NCBI RefSeq assembly: GCF_006345805.1
Contig: NC_043001.1
Span: 26,164,001-26,228,000 of the forward strand
Direction: 5' to 3'
Length of the DNA: 64,000 nt
DNA from: Octopus sinensis
Lineage: Eukaryota
Made by a program: the position numbers and the translations under genes. The notes beneath the pieces were generated by a model. It made no database searches. It worked only from the letters and a program-made list of their open reading frames with translations, and was not told the origin of the DNA. This document shows, in pieces, positions 38,753 to 52,105 of this stretch (the first letter of the stretch is position 1; every line of letters begins with the position of its first letter).

Positions 38753-39190
38753 TTTAGAGATAGTAGGCCCCTCCATCTCACCATATAAAAATAATTTTTA
38801 TTTTAAATACCTACTGTTTTATTACTTGCCAACACATGTTTCATGAGGTATATCCTCCGGTTCCTAAACCACTCCGATATATATATATATATATATATAT
38901 ATAGATATATATATATCTACACATACATATATATATATGTATATCTATATACATACATATATATTTATGTGTCAGTGTGTGTATGTGTCTAGGTGTGTAT
39001 GTCTTTGTGCCTGTGTTTGTTTTCCCCCACTCTCATTACTGTTTGACAACTGGTGTTGGTGAGCTTATATCCCCATAACTTAGTAGTTCGGCAAAAGAGA
39101 AATAAATCCTAGGGTTGATTTGGTCCACTAAAACCCTTGAAGGCGGTGCTCCAGCATGGCCACAGCCAAATGACTGAAACAAGTAAAAGA
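38532..39190 (+). mobile_element. SINE family A with an unrelated ~130-bp insert in its (TA)n centre
   Basis: 5' half 38532-38660, 3' half 39000-39190, unique segment 38750-38878 between TA runs. Confidence 0.7.
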
Positions 39191-40203
39191 ATACGAGAAA
39201 TTGCTCAAAATTGCTCTTAAAACAGTGCTAGCTGGAAAACTGGAAAACACAGTAAGTTGCTTCAAGAACTACTGCTATAAAAATGTGGAGTAAAGTACAG
39301 ACTCCAGCAAATAATATAGAAAGAAATATTGAAGTAAACATGATATATGTAAGAAAAATAAGAAATAATGTCTTTCAAAGGAAGGAAGAGCTTATGCAAA
39401 CATTAAAACAACTTTTCACCCATGTAAAGTAGATAGTTTCATAAGAAACCACCTATTCACACAAAATAAATACAGTATAAAAAAATCAATATCAGACACT
39501 CGATGAACAAATATATATTTTAAAAAATATATCATTAATTTTATGACTGTAATTATCATCTTTATGTATGGCTTTATCAGTAGGAACCAGAAGATACAAA
39601 ACATGCTGAATATTAAAGTAAATTTAACATAATTTAGCATGTAAATTAGTGTGCCAATTTTCAATTGAGCAGAAAATATGTAAAAAAGTGTTTTTAAAAA
39701 TTTAAGCTATCAAAAATAAACATAAAGAGCTTTATATATAGATGAATACCACACTTTCACAATAAATTAATACTGAAAATATACACTTTTGGACTTTATA
39801 ATTTCTATATATTAAAAGAGCAACTCTTTGTATAATCTAAACAAAATTAGTTACCTCATAGAATAACTTTGAAAATTATAAAGAACTACCTGACATTTAA
39901 ACAAGTCTAATAATTATTGATTACAATATTTATCATATTTAAGGTGGAGAGCTGGCAGAATTATTAGCGACATTTTATCTGTCTTTATGTTCTGAGTTCA
40001 GATACCACCGAGGTGAACTTTGCCGCCTTTCATCCTTTTGCAGGGTCAATAAAATAAGTACCAGTTAAGTACTGGAGTTGATTTAATTGACTTAACTTCA
40101 TCCCTCCAAACTGCTGGCCTTGTGCCAAAATCTGAAACTAATGAGCGGGCAGAATCATTGGCATGCCAGGTTAAATGCTTAGCAACATTTTGTTTACAGT
40201 TCT

Positions 40204-40648
40204 ATATTTAAGAGATGAGGAATTATGTACATTGTTTACACTGGACAGATATTTGTCATCATCTTGTTTGTTGTTAACACGTTTCGGCTGAAAAACCCTC
40301 CAGCCTTCTTCTTGGGGAAATTTCAAACCTGGGTTCTCATTCCTAAAGTATTTTTCAATGTTATTATTATTATTATTGTTGTTGTTATTGTTCAGATCAC
40401 TGCTTGGAATTGAACTCAGAATCTTGGGGTTAAGATTCCGAGTTCAATTCCAAGCAGTGACCTGAACAATAACGACAACAACGACAATGACAACAATAAT
40501 AATAACATCGAAAAATACCTTAGGAATGAGAACCTAGGTTTGAAATTTCCCTAAGAAACCTGAAAAAGGCTAGAGGGTATATCAGCCAAAATGTGTCAAC
40601 AACAAACAAGACGAGGACAAATATCCATCGAATGTAAATAATGAACAT
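40204..40648. mobile_element. ~200-bp-arm inverted repeat with hammerhead-like boxes, inserted in a family C SINE; probable Penelope-like inverted terminal repeats
   Basis: Arms 40225-40425/40432-40648; 12-bp direct repeat AACATTTTGTTT at 40184 and 40644; the SINE resumes afterwards. Confidence 0.7.
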
Positions 40649-41339
40649 TTTGTTTGTCTTTATGATCTGAGTTTAAATTCTGCCAAGGTAGACTTTGCCT
40701 TGCACCTTTTCAGGGTCGATAAAATAAGTACTACCTAACTTTCACCCTCCCTTGAAATTGCTGGCTTTGTGCCAAAATTTGAAACCAATATTTATCATAC
40801 TTAATCAATAGCATTTTCTTTTCTCTTCATATGAAACTGAAGTATTGACATAAGATTGTAAACTTACAACAACTAAGAAAAGGGAGGGAAAATGAAAGAT
40901 TAAACATTGCGTTTCCAAGGGATTCCATATAGCTATGTGATCTACCTAATGCAGTGGCTAATACACTTGCAGTTGTCTTTCAAATAGAAGCTAAATGTTT
41001 TAAGAAATACATCTCAGGACAAACGTTCTTAAAATTAAGACAGGATGACCTCAGTTAGAGACAGACCAAAGGACAGTTTTAGCCTAAACTGTCAAACAAG
41101 ATTTCTCATATCTACTTATCTGAGGTGCTGAGCTTGTGGATTGCCTTTAAGGCATTCTTTGCAGAGATGACCTGTGATAATCAACAACAACAACCTCTCA
41201 AACATCATTTTTACTGTTAAGATCAAGTGAAAGTCACATTTTTTGTGTTATTTAGGCAGCACTGTGGGGGCAATGAGTATAATAAAATCTCAATTATAAA
41301 ATTGGGTTGAACTTCCTATTTTTCTGATTGTACTCTCTT

Positions 41340-41723
41340 TCTCTTTTTCTCTTTTTACTTGTTTTAGTCATTTGACTGCGGCCATGCTGGAGCACCGCGA
41401 GCAAATCGACTTATTCTTTGTAAGCCCAGTACTTATTCTATCGGTCTCTTTTGCTGAACCGTTAAGTGACAGGGACATAAACACACCAGCATCGGTTCTC
41501 AAGCGATGTTGGGGGGGGACAAACACAGACACACAAACATATACACACACATACATATATACGACAGGCTTCTTTCAGTTTCCGTCTACCAAATCCACTC
41601 ACAAGGCATTGGTCGGCCCAAGGCTATAGTAGAAGACACTTGCCCAAGATGCCACACAGTGGGACTGAACCCGGAACTATGTGGTTGGTAAGCAAGCTAC
41701 TTACCACAGAGCCACTGCTGCGC
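41340..41723 (-). mobile_element. SINE family A, full length
   Basis: Reverse complement of the 5128-5510 pattern. Confidence 0.85.
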
Positions 41724-41824
41724 CTCTTTGACTATCTTTATCAAACTGAATCAGTGACTTGTATAGAATCTTTGAATTAACAAACTTGTCTCAAACAAGG
41801 ATGGTAAATACCTACGGAAGCTGG

Positions 41825-42138
41825 GTAATGTTGATGATGACAATGATGACAGTGAAGGCAATAATATCTATAACAACAAGACTGATGATAATAATGGTGG
41901 TGCAGATAGTGGTAGTCATGGTAGGGTTGTGATAACAACAACAGTGATGGTCACTAGCAATGAAACTGATAATAGTAGCAGTGGTGGTGGTGGTGGTTGC
42001 AATGGTATTGATGGTGGCAGCAGCAGTAGTGATGGTCGTGGCACCAGCAGGAGCAGTGGTGGTGGTGCTAGAAGCAGCAGTGAATATATTGTGACAGAAG
42101 CGGTGATAATGCCAGGAATGGTGATGGTGGCGATGTGA
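41825..42138. repeat. Low-complexity (GGT/GAT/AGC)n tract
   Basis: Degenerate trinucleotide repeats. Confidence 0.75.
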
Positions 42139-43947
42139 TCTTCCACTGAACAGGCACAGCTCTTAGATGTAAAATTTAATACATAAATTTTTATGTGTTT
42201 TCAGACCATAAAAATATATATATTGTCCCACCACTATAAACCACCTACCCCAACACACATGCACACACACACACACACACAATTTCATTTTTTTATATTT
42301 CTTCACAGATGATATGCTTCTGGAAATATCCAAGTTTCTAAACAGGGAGACATTTCGACATTTCATTGCAAACTTTTATAGAAGAAAAGGACCATAACAT
42401 ATAAATATTCTTCATAAAGTATAACAAATATCCCACCCGCTTTTGAGTGGGGAAGGCTATGAAAACACTTCTTTTGTCAAAAGGGGTCTCCAGAAGTTTC
42501 CTCAACCATTACTGAGCATGATCATTGTGTTGGGTTACTTTTTCCCTCTACGAGACTTCATAATGTCCCCATAAATTATATGAATGCAGTTTTATAATGT
42601 AGAGAGTATAAAACACATTTCTAAAGATTTTTATGAACTCAGGGTAGGAAAGAGGTTAAACTTAAGTGAATGTATGACAATGGAGACCAATAAGATGGGA
42701 ACAAAATATCTGAATACTTTTAAATTATCAAGTGCCAACTTTGAATCTATTTTTTTTAAAACTTCCAAGTGTCAAATATTGGAATAATAAAGACAAGCAA
42801 ATATTCCAAGGGAACAGTGCTTACAATGGATCTGCCACAAATTTAGTATGTTTTATATATACATACAAAGATACATACATACATACATGGATGCATACAT
42901 ATATATATAAGTATATGTATGTATTTGAAGAATGTGAAATGGCCATATTCAAATAATGTTTTATGCTCTTCAATTGCTCCCAACAGTTTGATATTGCAAT
43001 TGGACAATTCCACATTTGTAGAAATTTATCAAAGAGCTGCATTTTTGTGCAATTGTTAAATTCCTTTTGATAAATGCAATATAAAAAATACTTTATTTGC
43101 TTCTGTAAGGTTTTATTTCTTACTTTGCTATATGCTGCATGGTTTCATTCTATGTATGCCATGATTACTATAATTATATAATAAACAATCTGAAATACTG
43201 GTTGAAGAAGAGAAATGCTTCTCAGAGCTATAGAATTTAATGACAATGGTGGGGCAGGGGTAGTGATGGTGGTGATGGTCGTCGTGGTGATGGCAACAGT
43301 GGAAATGGTAGCATTCAATGAAGATAAAAAGACGTACACAAAGACATTATTGAAAGAACTAAAAGAAGTGTGTAATATCAGAGAAGAGCATTAGCAGAAA
43401 TGAATTATAAGACAAAAGTAGAAGATTATGCAAGAGAGAAGAGCTTTTAGCAGAAAGACGAGAAACTTGCAGCGAAAATAATGAAGTGAAAGGAATTAAT
43501 AATAAAAAAAAAGAACATATGATAGACAGCAAAAGAAGCAACATATTGAATGTGTCGAAAAAAGATTGATGATAGATAAAATAAAGAATGCACTGGAAGA
43601 ATATTTGAATAAATTCCAAGCCTGAATATATACTGAAATAAACGTGTGTGGTACTTAAAATGAAATTTAATTTGTACAGTTTATTCAGCAGAAAGTATAA
43701 ATTTAAATTCGTATTGGAAATGTAAATATAGAGAGGCTTTCTTGAGCCAAAAGAATCCACATCATGATAACCATAAATAAATAAATAAATAACAAAGAAA
43801 CCTGGAACTGACAAATAGTTTGTGTAAACAATTTAATCAGTTAAATTATAAATGACAGCATTTATAATGGCAGAAAGAGATATTAAAATTCCCGAGTGAA
43901 AAGCAAAACAACAACAACAAAAAATAATAATAATAATAATAATAATG

Positions 43948-43988
<41 letters not shown>

Positions 43989-44013
43989 TAGAATAATAAT
44001 AATAACAATAATA

Positions 44014-44571
44014 AAATGCCCTGATGCAGTACCAGGCAGTGGCTCTCATGGCTTCTGATCTTAACTGATTGGAAGTGTTATCATGTACATTGTTTTGTCT
44101 TGGTATAGAAGATGGGCTACAGCAAATATTCTGCTCAATACCACAGATTTGCTTGTCAGTTGTTTGACCTTAACCAGTTGAGCATGTCCCTTAATGGCTG
44201 ACGATATGTGCATCTCTGATCACGAGCAGAAGTAGTGGGGGAGCATCATAGCCGTGTGTTGTGAGGGATTCTTTGGGTTTTGAATAATTCACCTCTGGAA
44301 ACATGGGCGTTTCGTTCAACATCCTTAAACAACCCTTATTCAGGGACCTTTCGAGTGGGATGGGTTACTCGACCTGAAGAAAATTCTAACTGGGCCCCAC
44401 CTGCAAGGTCATGTGCTGTTTATCTTGATATGAGATCACCATGTCATGCACATATGGTTGTGATGCATGTGCCTAGTGTACCCTTATCAGACGGGTAGTC
44501 ATGATGGGTATACTGGGCTTCGTATATTTTACCCCAGTGTCACTTTGATGGCATGCACTGTTCTCTCACTC
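44014..44571. mobile_element. ~560-bp non-coding, GC-richer segment embedded in (AAT)n on both sides; probable microsatellite-targeting element
   Basis: (AAT)n at 43923-44013 and 44572-44600; sharp compositional boundaries; single copy in the window. Confidence 0.55.
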
Positions 44572-44810
44572 AATAATAATAATAATAATAATAATAATAA
44601 CGGCTTCAAATTTTGGCACAAAACCAGCAATTTCAGGGGAGGGGATAAGTAGATTACATTGATCTCAGTTTTCAACTGCTACTTTTTTTACTGACCCTGA
44701 AAGGTTGAAAGGAAAAGGCAACCTTGGTAGCATTTGAACTCAATGTAAAGTTGGAAGAAATGCAGCTAAGCACTTTTTCCAGCACAGTAGCGATTCTGCC
44801 AGCTTGCTGG

Positions 44811-45087
44811 GACAAACAAGAGTGCCTAATAATTGCCGTGGCAATGCCAAGAGATCAACATATCATCATGAACGAAAGAGAAAAGGTTAATAAATATGGA
44901 GACTTGAAAACTGAGATTGCTAAGATGTGGCAGCTACGAAAGTCAAATATAAAGGTTATCCCTATTGTCATCGGAGCATTGGGTTCAATGCCACCCAATC
45001 TGAGAAAACATCTGCAAACCTTAGAAATACCCTACAATCTAGATCTATTGCAAAAGTTGGCATCACTTGGAACTGCATGTATACTGT
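44811..45087 (+). pseudogene. R4/Dong-like non-LTR retrotransposon C-terminal restriction-like endonuclease fragment
   Basis: CLIIAVAMPRD..EREKVNKYGDLKTEIAKMW..VIPIVIGALG..LQKLASLGTACIL matches the RLE-domain pattern. Confidence 0.8.
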
Positions 45088-45119
45088 CTGCCTGGGGTTC
45101 TTGTTGTGAAAATAATAAT

Positions 45120-45690
45120 CCCTTCTATTATAGGCACAAAGCCTGAAATTTTGCGGGAGAGGACTAGTCAATTACATCAAATTAACACCCTGAAAGGATG
45201 AAAGGCAAAGTCAACCTCGGTGAAATTTGAACTCAGAATGTAGCAATAGGCGAAATATTGTTAAGCATTTCATCCAGGGTACTAGCAACTCTGCCAGCTA
45301 ATAATAATAATAATAATAATTAAAAATAATAACGGTCTGAAATTTTGGCACATGGCCAGCAATTTCGGGAGAGGGAGTAAGTTGATTACATCAACCCCTG
45401 TGCTCAGCTGCCACTTATTTTCTTTTCTACTCTAGGCACAAGGCCCGGAATTTTGGGGGAGGGAGCCAGTCGATTAGGTTCCCCACCCCCCAGTCGACCC
45501 TGAAAGGATGAAAGGCAAAGTCGACCTCGGTGGAATTTGAACTCAGAACATAAAGATAGGCGATATACCATTAAGCATTTCGCCTGGCGTGCTAATGTTT
45601 CTGCCAGCTCGCCGCCTTATTTTATCAACCTTGAAAGGAAGAAAGGTAATGTTGACCCCAACAGAATTTGAACTCAGAATGTGAAGCCAG
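45120..45690 (-). mobile_element. Cluster of nested/tandem family C SINE copies
   Basis: Repeated GAAAGGATGAAAGGCAAAGTCRACCTCGGTGRAATTTGAACTCAGAA. Confidence 0.75.
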
Positions 45691-46293
45691 AAGAAATGCC
45701 ACTAACTTTTCTTTTGCAGCCTTTAGCCTTGCAATAAGTTTGTTACATTTTTTTTTTTTTCAATATCAAACAAAAACAGCCAATAGTAGCCCGCATGTAA
45801 CTATTTCTGGTGATACATTAACTGCCTTTATTTTTAAGGATCAGTTTGTCGTTTTTTAGCAAGTGTTACAGAGTATTTCCTGACTTCATCTATAATCAGA
45901 AAGCTCTCCTCTACCATGCCAAACATTTTTCCTTGAGCAACATATGTTTTGTTGTTTCAGATTGATTTAAGACACTTCAAAATTTGGTCCTACATCACTT
46001 GCTCCACTTACATATATAACATGTAATACATTTTTTTGAGTGACCTCTTGGACCTGTAGCAATATGCTTAAAGATACTGTTCTTCCATTCTTATGAAATA
46101 ATATTTGGCATTTATCAAATCTTGTGGCAATAAAAAAAAAATGATGGTCACATTTAAACAGTATTAGTAAAATTGTTAACAGTTGTTTGCTAGCCATAGT
46201 GTTGGTGCTATTAATGATGTTAGTGTCAATGGTGGTGGTGGTGGTGGTGGTGATGGTGGTTGTATTGACAGTATTTGTAGGTGTGCTGTTACT

Positions 46294-46493
46294 CCTCTTT
46301 TACTTGTTTCAGTCATTTGACAGTGGCCATACTGGAGCACCTCCTTTAGTTGAGCAAATCGACCCCAGGACTTATTCTTTGTAAACCTAGTACTTATCCT
46401 ATAGGTTCTTTAAGTTACGGGGGATGTAAACACACCATCATCGGTTGTCAAGCGATGTTGTGGGGACAAATACAGACACACAAACATACACAC

Positions 46494-46549
<56 letters not shown>

Positions 46550-46706
46550 GATGGGCTTCTTTCAATTTCTGTCTACCAAATCCATTCACAAGGCTTTGGT
46601 CAGCCCAAGGCTATAGTAGAAGACACTTGCCCAAGGTGCCACACAGTGGGAATGAACCCGGAATCATGTGGTTGGTAAGCAAGCTACTTACCACGCAGCC
46701 ACTCAT
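46294..46706 (-). mobile_element. SINE family A, full length
   Basis: Reverse-complement match with a (TA)n centre. Confidence 0.85.
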
Positions 46707-47568
46707 GTACCTATAGTATTCTCTACAGTATTCTTTGAAAATTTCAACATTTTTATTTTTAAATGAGTAAGTTACAGAAAAAAAAACTAACAAAACAACT
46801 GACCAGTTACTCAAGATCCTGGTCAGTTCAGCAACAACACAGAACAAACATTTTTAAAACACGGAATATAAAAATGCAGCTAAAACAAAACTTACAAATG
46901 ATCAGAAGAGATGATTTGCCAACACAAAAACAACAAGGACAACAACAGAAATAAAAACACGTTTTTGCTCCTACAAAAAGCAATAATAAAAGTAGACTCA
47001 ATGACATTTAGCCAGTTTGCAGCCCACTGAATCCTTCGGCAAATAACAAAAGAACTTAGTAACAGCTATCAACAAAGCTATGTCCTGTCTTTATTCTATG
47101 CTATATAACCTAATTAATTACAAATGTTTACTTTGAAAGGCAACACTATACGCCAAATTTAATCTTGTCTACTAAATCCTAACTAATAACACTACATGAC
47201 ATCAAACTAATATCCATTTTTTATAAAGGTGTAAGATTTGGAATTTATAGAAGGAAAAATTGAAATATTAATGAGTTTTTCTTGCCCAAGGGTTTTAGCA
47301 ATGTAAGCAATATCACCAAATTCTAACTATTACCACCATGTTAAAATCTACTTCAAATATCATATTTAATGAGACAGAGTTAAAGAAGATAAAATATTGA
47401 ATAAATAACTGAATGCAGGTGCATATTAATAATTTTAAGCCAAGTATTGACAGAGCTATGAAAAGAGAAAGTCTACAGTTTAGTCATACATTCTTTCATT
47501 GGTTCCAAACATTGGACTATGGTCATGCAAAGACATTACCTTCAAAGAAAAAGTTGGATTATACAGAC

Positions 47569-47823
47569 CAGTGGTTCTCAATAAGGGTCTACATGACCCT
47601 TGGGGTTGCATATAAAATTTCGTTGTAAAAATTTATGAGCAATAAATTGGTTATACGTTTACAATACACAAAAATATTTTAACAATTTTTTATACAATTC
47701 TTAATAATATTAATTAAAAATAAAATAGGACTTTTAAAAAAAAATTGAATGGCTGCAAGGGTCCACATGAGTAAAATAGGAATCAAAGGGGTCCATAGGT
47801 TAAAAAATGGCTCAATACCACTG
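47569..47823. mobile_element. hAT/Charlie-like MITE, uninterrupted
   Basis: Perfect 8-bp TSD ATACAGAC; CAGTGGTTCTCAA..ACCACTG termini. Confidence 0.85.
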
Positions 47824-48479
47824 ATACAGACCACTAATACTTAGCCAGTACTCATTTTATTAACCTAGGCAAAATCAATCTGAGTAAGATTTGAATTCAG
47901 AAAGCAAGGAGACACAGTATCTTGTTTAATGCTCTATTGATTCTGCCATCATTCACCCAATGTATCTTCCTAACATCTTTCAAATTATGTACTCACATAT
48001 TTACCACTCGATTCCAGTTTACTCTTCAATAAAAAGAAATAGAATGAAAATTTAATTTGAATAGGGGGTTTCTCAGAATTTATCACTTTTTGTATTCTCT
48101 TGAGTTGAATCTAAGTTTAGAAGGTGATGTTAACTATGATTGTAAGACTGTGCTGGCACAGATATGTAATGTGAAGAAATGATGTGTATTGAGAGAAACT
48201 GTGCCGTGAGTTCGTTTTAGAGAATACCTGCAAGAGTAGTAAATAAAGGAAGTTTTGGGAAGAAATAAGTCATACATGAGAACATTGATCCTTACAGACA
48301 AAATAATGTATGCTATAGGATCAAAACATAACTTTCTGTACCATGGATCTTCAATCCATATTATTAATCTTCAATCCATGCTATCTTGGAAAAATAGACT
48401 TCAACATGAAAATGATGTTAGCAATGATGACAATGATGATGATAAGCATGAAGAAAATTATTAAAATTACATTACTCAC

Positions 48480-48544
48480 CAGGGCAATCAATATCGTAGA
48501 CCAGGAAAAATCCTATGTGAGCCAATAGTGTTACAACAGGCATC
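48480..48544 (-). CDS. Coding exon C (W-MPVVTLLAHIGFFLVYDIDCP-E)
   Basis: 65 nt; ttttcaag acceptor, gtgagt donor; phase 2 to 1; TG+G gives Trp and G+AG gives Glu across the junctions. Confidence 0.88.
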
Positions 48545-49257
48545 CTTGAAAAAGATGAAACAATCATTATTAATTATTATGATGACTGAAAATTATAATT
48601 CAAAATCTTCACTGATGGTAAAATATTAGACAAGGATGCATTAAGGTGTCTAGTTTAGTGGCTCATGTTTCAATGTTCAAATACTAGTGGGGTTAATTTT
48701 CAGCAATTTGGCTTTCTAATGTCAATAAAATAAGAAACTGGAGTAGACTCGCGTGACAACAGTTTTTTCTTTCATTAAAAAAAAAATTACTAAAGGTTTT
48801 TAGTTAAATTTTTTTTCAATGAGAAGTATAAAGATATTTAGCAAATTAATTATGGAAATTATGCGGAAATTTCAATCAAAAGAATTATTTTGTAGCTCAG
48901 GTTTTAGAAATTAGAAGAGTCTTGGATGAAGTAAATAAGAAAGAGACATGCGTGAATAACACAAGGGAAAAATAAAAGGAATAAAAAAGCAAGAGAGTGA
49001 GAGAGGGAGAGGAGTAATTACAAAAAATGGAAGAGTAGAGAAAAATAGATATCGAAAGGTATAGATAGAAAAGAAAGAGATGACAGTAAGAGGAAAATGA
49101 AGAGTGTTGAAGAAAGAAGGCAGAAGAGTAGATAGAGACAGTAAAGTAACAGAAGTTAGAACGACTGGTGAAAGAAGTGGAAAGATAAAGTGAGGAAAAT
49201 GGAGGGAAAGAATCAAAGAAAGAGATTCAACAAAAAAATTTGTTTATCAGAGAAGAG

Positions 49258-49420
49258 GTGCAGGCATGGCTACATGGTAAGTCTGCTTCCCAACCACATG
49301 GATTTGGGTTCTGTTCCACTGCATGGCACTTTGGGCTAGTGTCTTCAACTATAGCCCTGAGCTGATCAAAACTTTCTGAGTGAATTTGGTACATGGAAAC
49401 TGCAAGAAGCCCATCGTTGT
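49258..49420 (+). mobile_element. SINE family A 5' half (degraded)
   Basis: CCCAACCACATGG..GGAAACTGCAAGAAGCCCATCG. Confidence 0.65.
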
Positions 49421-49771
49421 GTGTGTGTGTGAGGTGGGGGTGGGGCTGAAAAGTTCCTGGTTTTCAGGGCATTGCAAAAGGCCTGTTTGAAGGCCCAACC
49501 TTCCAAATCCTTTTACAAGACTTAGAAAAACTGAAGGACTATTGCAATAAGTGTGTGAATCTGGGAGCAGAATATGTTGAATAAAATCATAATTAACTAA
49601 TCCTCCTGTATTACAATCTATGTAGGTGTTTTTTCAAAACATTGTCTGGTTTAAAAAGCCATATCAGATGCCATGATGGTTCTAGGATGTAGGTACAGGA
49701 GGTGGTGAAACTCTGCATAAGGAGTAGCCAGCCATCATAATTGACATATTTGTAAAGCTTGCAACGATTCT

Positions 49772-51375
49772 TAAAGCCTATGCATGAATGTTCCTCCCAC
49801 TACTGACCTCAAACTAAGACCCATCATTTCTGGCCCTGCTTGTGAAACCCACCGTTTGAGTAATTTCCTCGACATCCTACTCAAACCATTTCTAAAATAT
49901 GTGAAAAGCTTCATCAGGGATGACTTAGACATGCTTAACCATCTCCCAAAGACAATAAATGAAGGAACCCTGCTAGCATCATTCAATGTGGTGAACTTGT
50001 ACACCAATATACCACACAATTATGGTATGGAAGCAATCACCTTTTGACTAGAAAAATACCCAGAAGAGATCCCAGGACGCATCAACCACAGATTCATATT
50101 CACAGCACTGAAATTCATCCTACAGAACAACTATTTCATGTTCAATACAGTTTACTATCGACAAAAATGTGGAATTGCAATGGGAACCCAAGCTACCCCA
50201 GTGATTGCGAACCTTGTAATGGGTTACCTAGAACTTAAAATATACCAATCATCACTACAAAAATATGGCACCTAATTTCATTGCTATTTAAAGGAGAACT
50301 GGAAGAGATATTTAGATGGTTGCTTTATACTTTGGAAAGATAGCATGGACAAACTCCTCAATTTCAAAATAATAATCAACAATATCAATAGCGACATACA
50401 ATTCAGCATGGAACACAGCAATAAACAACTCCCTTTTCTTGACATCGTAATTAAAATAGTTAATAACCACATCAAAACGGACATTTTCTATAAACCCACA
50501 GATCCAAAACAATACCTATTATTCAACTCATGCCACCCCAAGCACATAAAAATTAATATACCTTATAATCTAGTTGAAAAGAATCTGTACCATAGTTTCA
50601 GGCATCAATACCCATGAATGAAGACTCCTTGAACTCAGATCAATACTAATCAAGAGACATTACTCAACATCATTAATAAATGATGGAATTAAACAAGCAA
50701 AGGAAATAGACATATGAACATTAAGGGAAGTCAACCGAAATACTACACCAGACTTAAAAAATACTCCCATACATCTCCACACATAACCCTAGAAACAACA
50801 AAGCCATTCAACATTATCATCCAAAAATCTACCCATTCTCACAGGAGATAAAACAATGAACAAAATTTTAGGCTCACACAAAATTATCAAGAGCAAAATG
50901 CAACCTAAATCATTGAAAAAAATATTAACTAACGCAAGACTATATCCATTAACAATGAAACCAAAAGTGAAAAAATGTGGTTGACCTAACTGTGGCACAT
51001 GCCCCCACCTTTTGGAGGGTACAGAGTTCCGCTTTAAACAAGGTGAAATATTTTAGATTAAATCAAATTTCACCTGTGCCTCGGAAAACCTTATCTATGC
51101 CATTACCTGCTTAGGGTGTGGCAATCAACATATTGGCCAAACAGGAATATCACTCTGTTGAAGAACCACTCTTCACAAAGAACAAATCTGCCACCCACAA
51201 TACAGACAGATACAGGTCAGTAAACACATTGAAAGGTGTGCTAGGAACCTTAATCCTAACTTCCTAATTTTCCCCTTCTATCAATGTTCACAGAACACCT
51301 CAGTACAGCAAAGAATGAACAAAGTGGCAACTTTCATCAATAAATATCATCCACAACATAATACAGAACACTACT
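49772..51375 (+). pseudogene. Decayed Penelope-like element: reverse transcriptase plus GIY-YIG endonuclease
   Basis: LRPIISG, SFNVVNLYTNIP, QKCGIAMGT, RYLDG (YxDD mutated), LPFLDI, YKPT, SCHPKH; Cys linker CG*PNCGTC; LIYAITC..HIGQTG; several stops and frameshifts. Confidence 0.92.
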
Positions 51376-51879
51376 AAACTTACCAATAATACCGCTAACT
51401 CCCATACATCCCTTACACCATTCATATTAACGTATTATATCTACCCTAATTGCACCATGTCCAGAACTACTTACCTCTCTTACACAATCTTTTTACTCAG
51501 GAACTAGTAGACCCGACACAGTTTGGAAATAGGTGCTCATTCAAAGCCAGTGAACAGTGTTTGATGATACCGGTATGACTTTTAATCTCTTTAACAATTC
51601 AAAATAATGACTTTTATTCCTCTTAATCATATTAGTCTTCTTCAGAAAAGCATACTTCAACATCTTAGTGATGTAGTGATGAGAAAATCATTAGGTACAA
51701 TACTATTACCTCAGTTCATCTAATTATATAGATTTATCATTACTTTTCATAAAAAAGCCTTTATTTTTTTTTGATATCCAATGTGCATTTTCGCTTTTTT
51801 TCTTCTTACTTTCCCCATATAAATATATATATGTATATATATTTGTAAATGACACCTGTGCAACATAGTTGTAGTTGTT

Positions 51880-52105
51880 GCCAGTGCCATGTAAATGGCA
51901 TCCATGAATCATAGATGTGGTCATTGCCAGTGTCATGTAAGTGGCACCAGTGGCAAGTAAAAAAACCCATTACACCCTGGAAGTGGTTGGCATCAGGAAG
52001 AGCATCCAGCTATAGAAACTATGCCAAATCAGACTGGAACCTGGTGCAGCCTTCCAGCTCATCAACTCCAGTTAAACTGTCTAGCCGATGCCGGTATGGA
52101 GAGCA
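51880..52105 (+). mobile_element. Repeat family B copy (degraded)
   Basis: GTGGTTGGCATCAGGAAGAGCATCCAGCTATAGAAAC. Confidence 0.65.

Noticed and set aside
38820-38878. Hammerhead-like half motif on minus (GAGG-ATATA-CCTC-AT-GAAACATGTGT)
   Set aside because: The CUGANGA box is missing; at most a decayed remnant
41916-42146. Gly/Ser- or Pro/Leu-rich ORFs
   Set aside because: Low-complexity trinucleotide tract
51555-51585. TTGATGA-TACCGGTA downstream of the PLE ORF as a ribozyme
   Set aside because: No GAAA box or stems I and III
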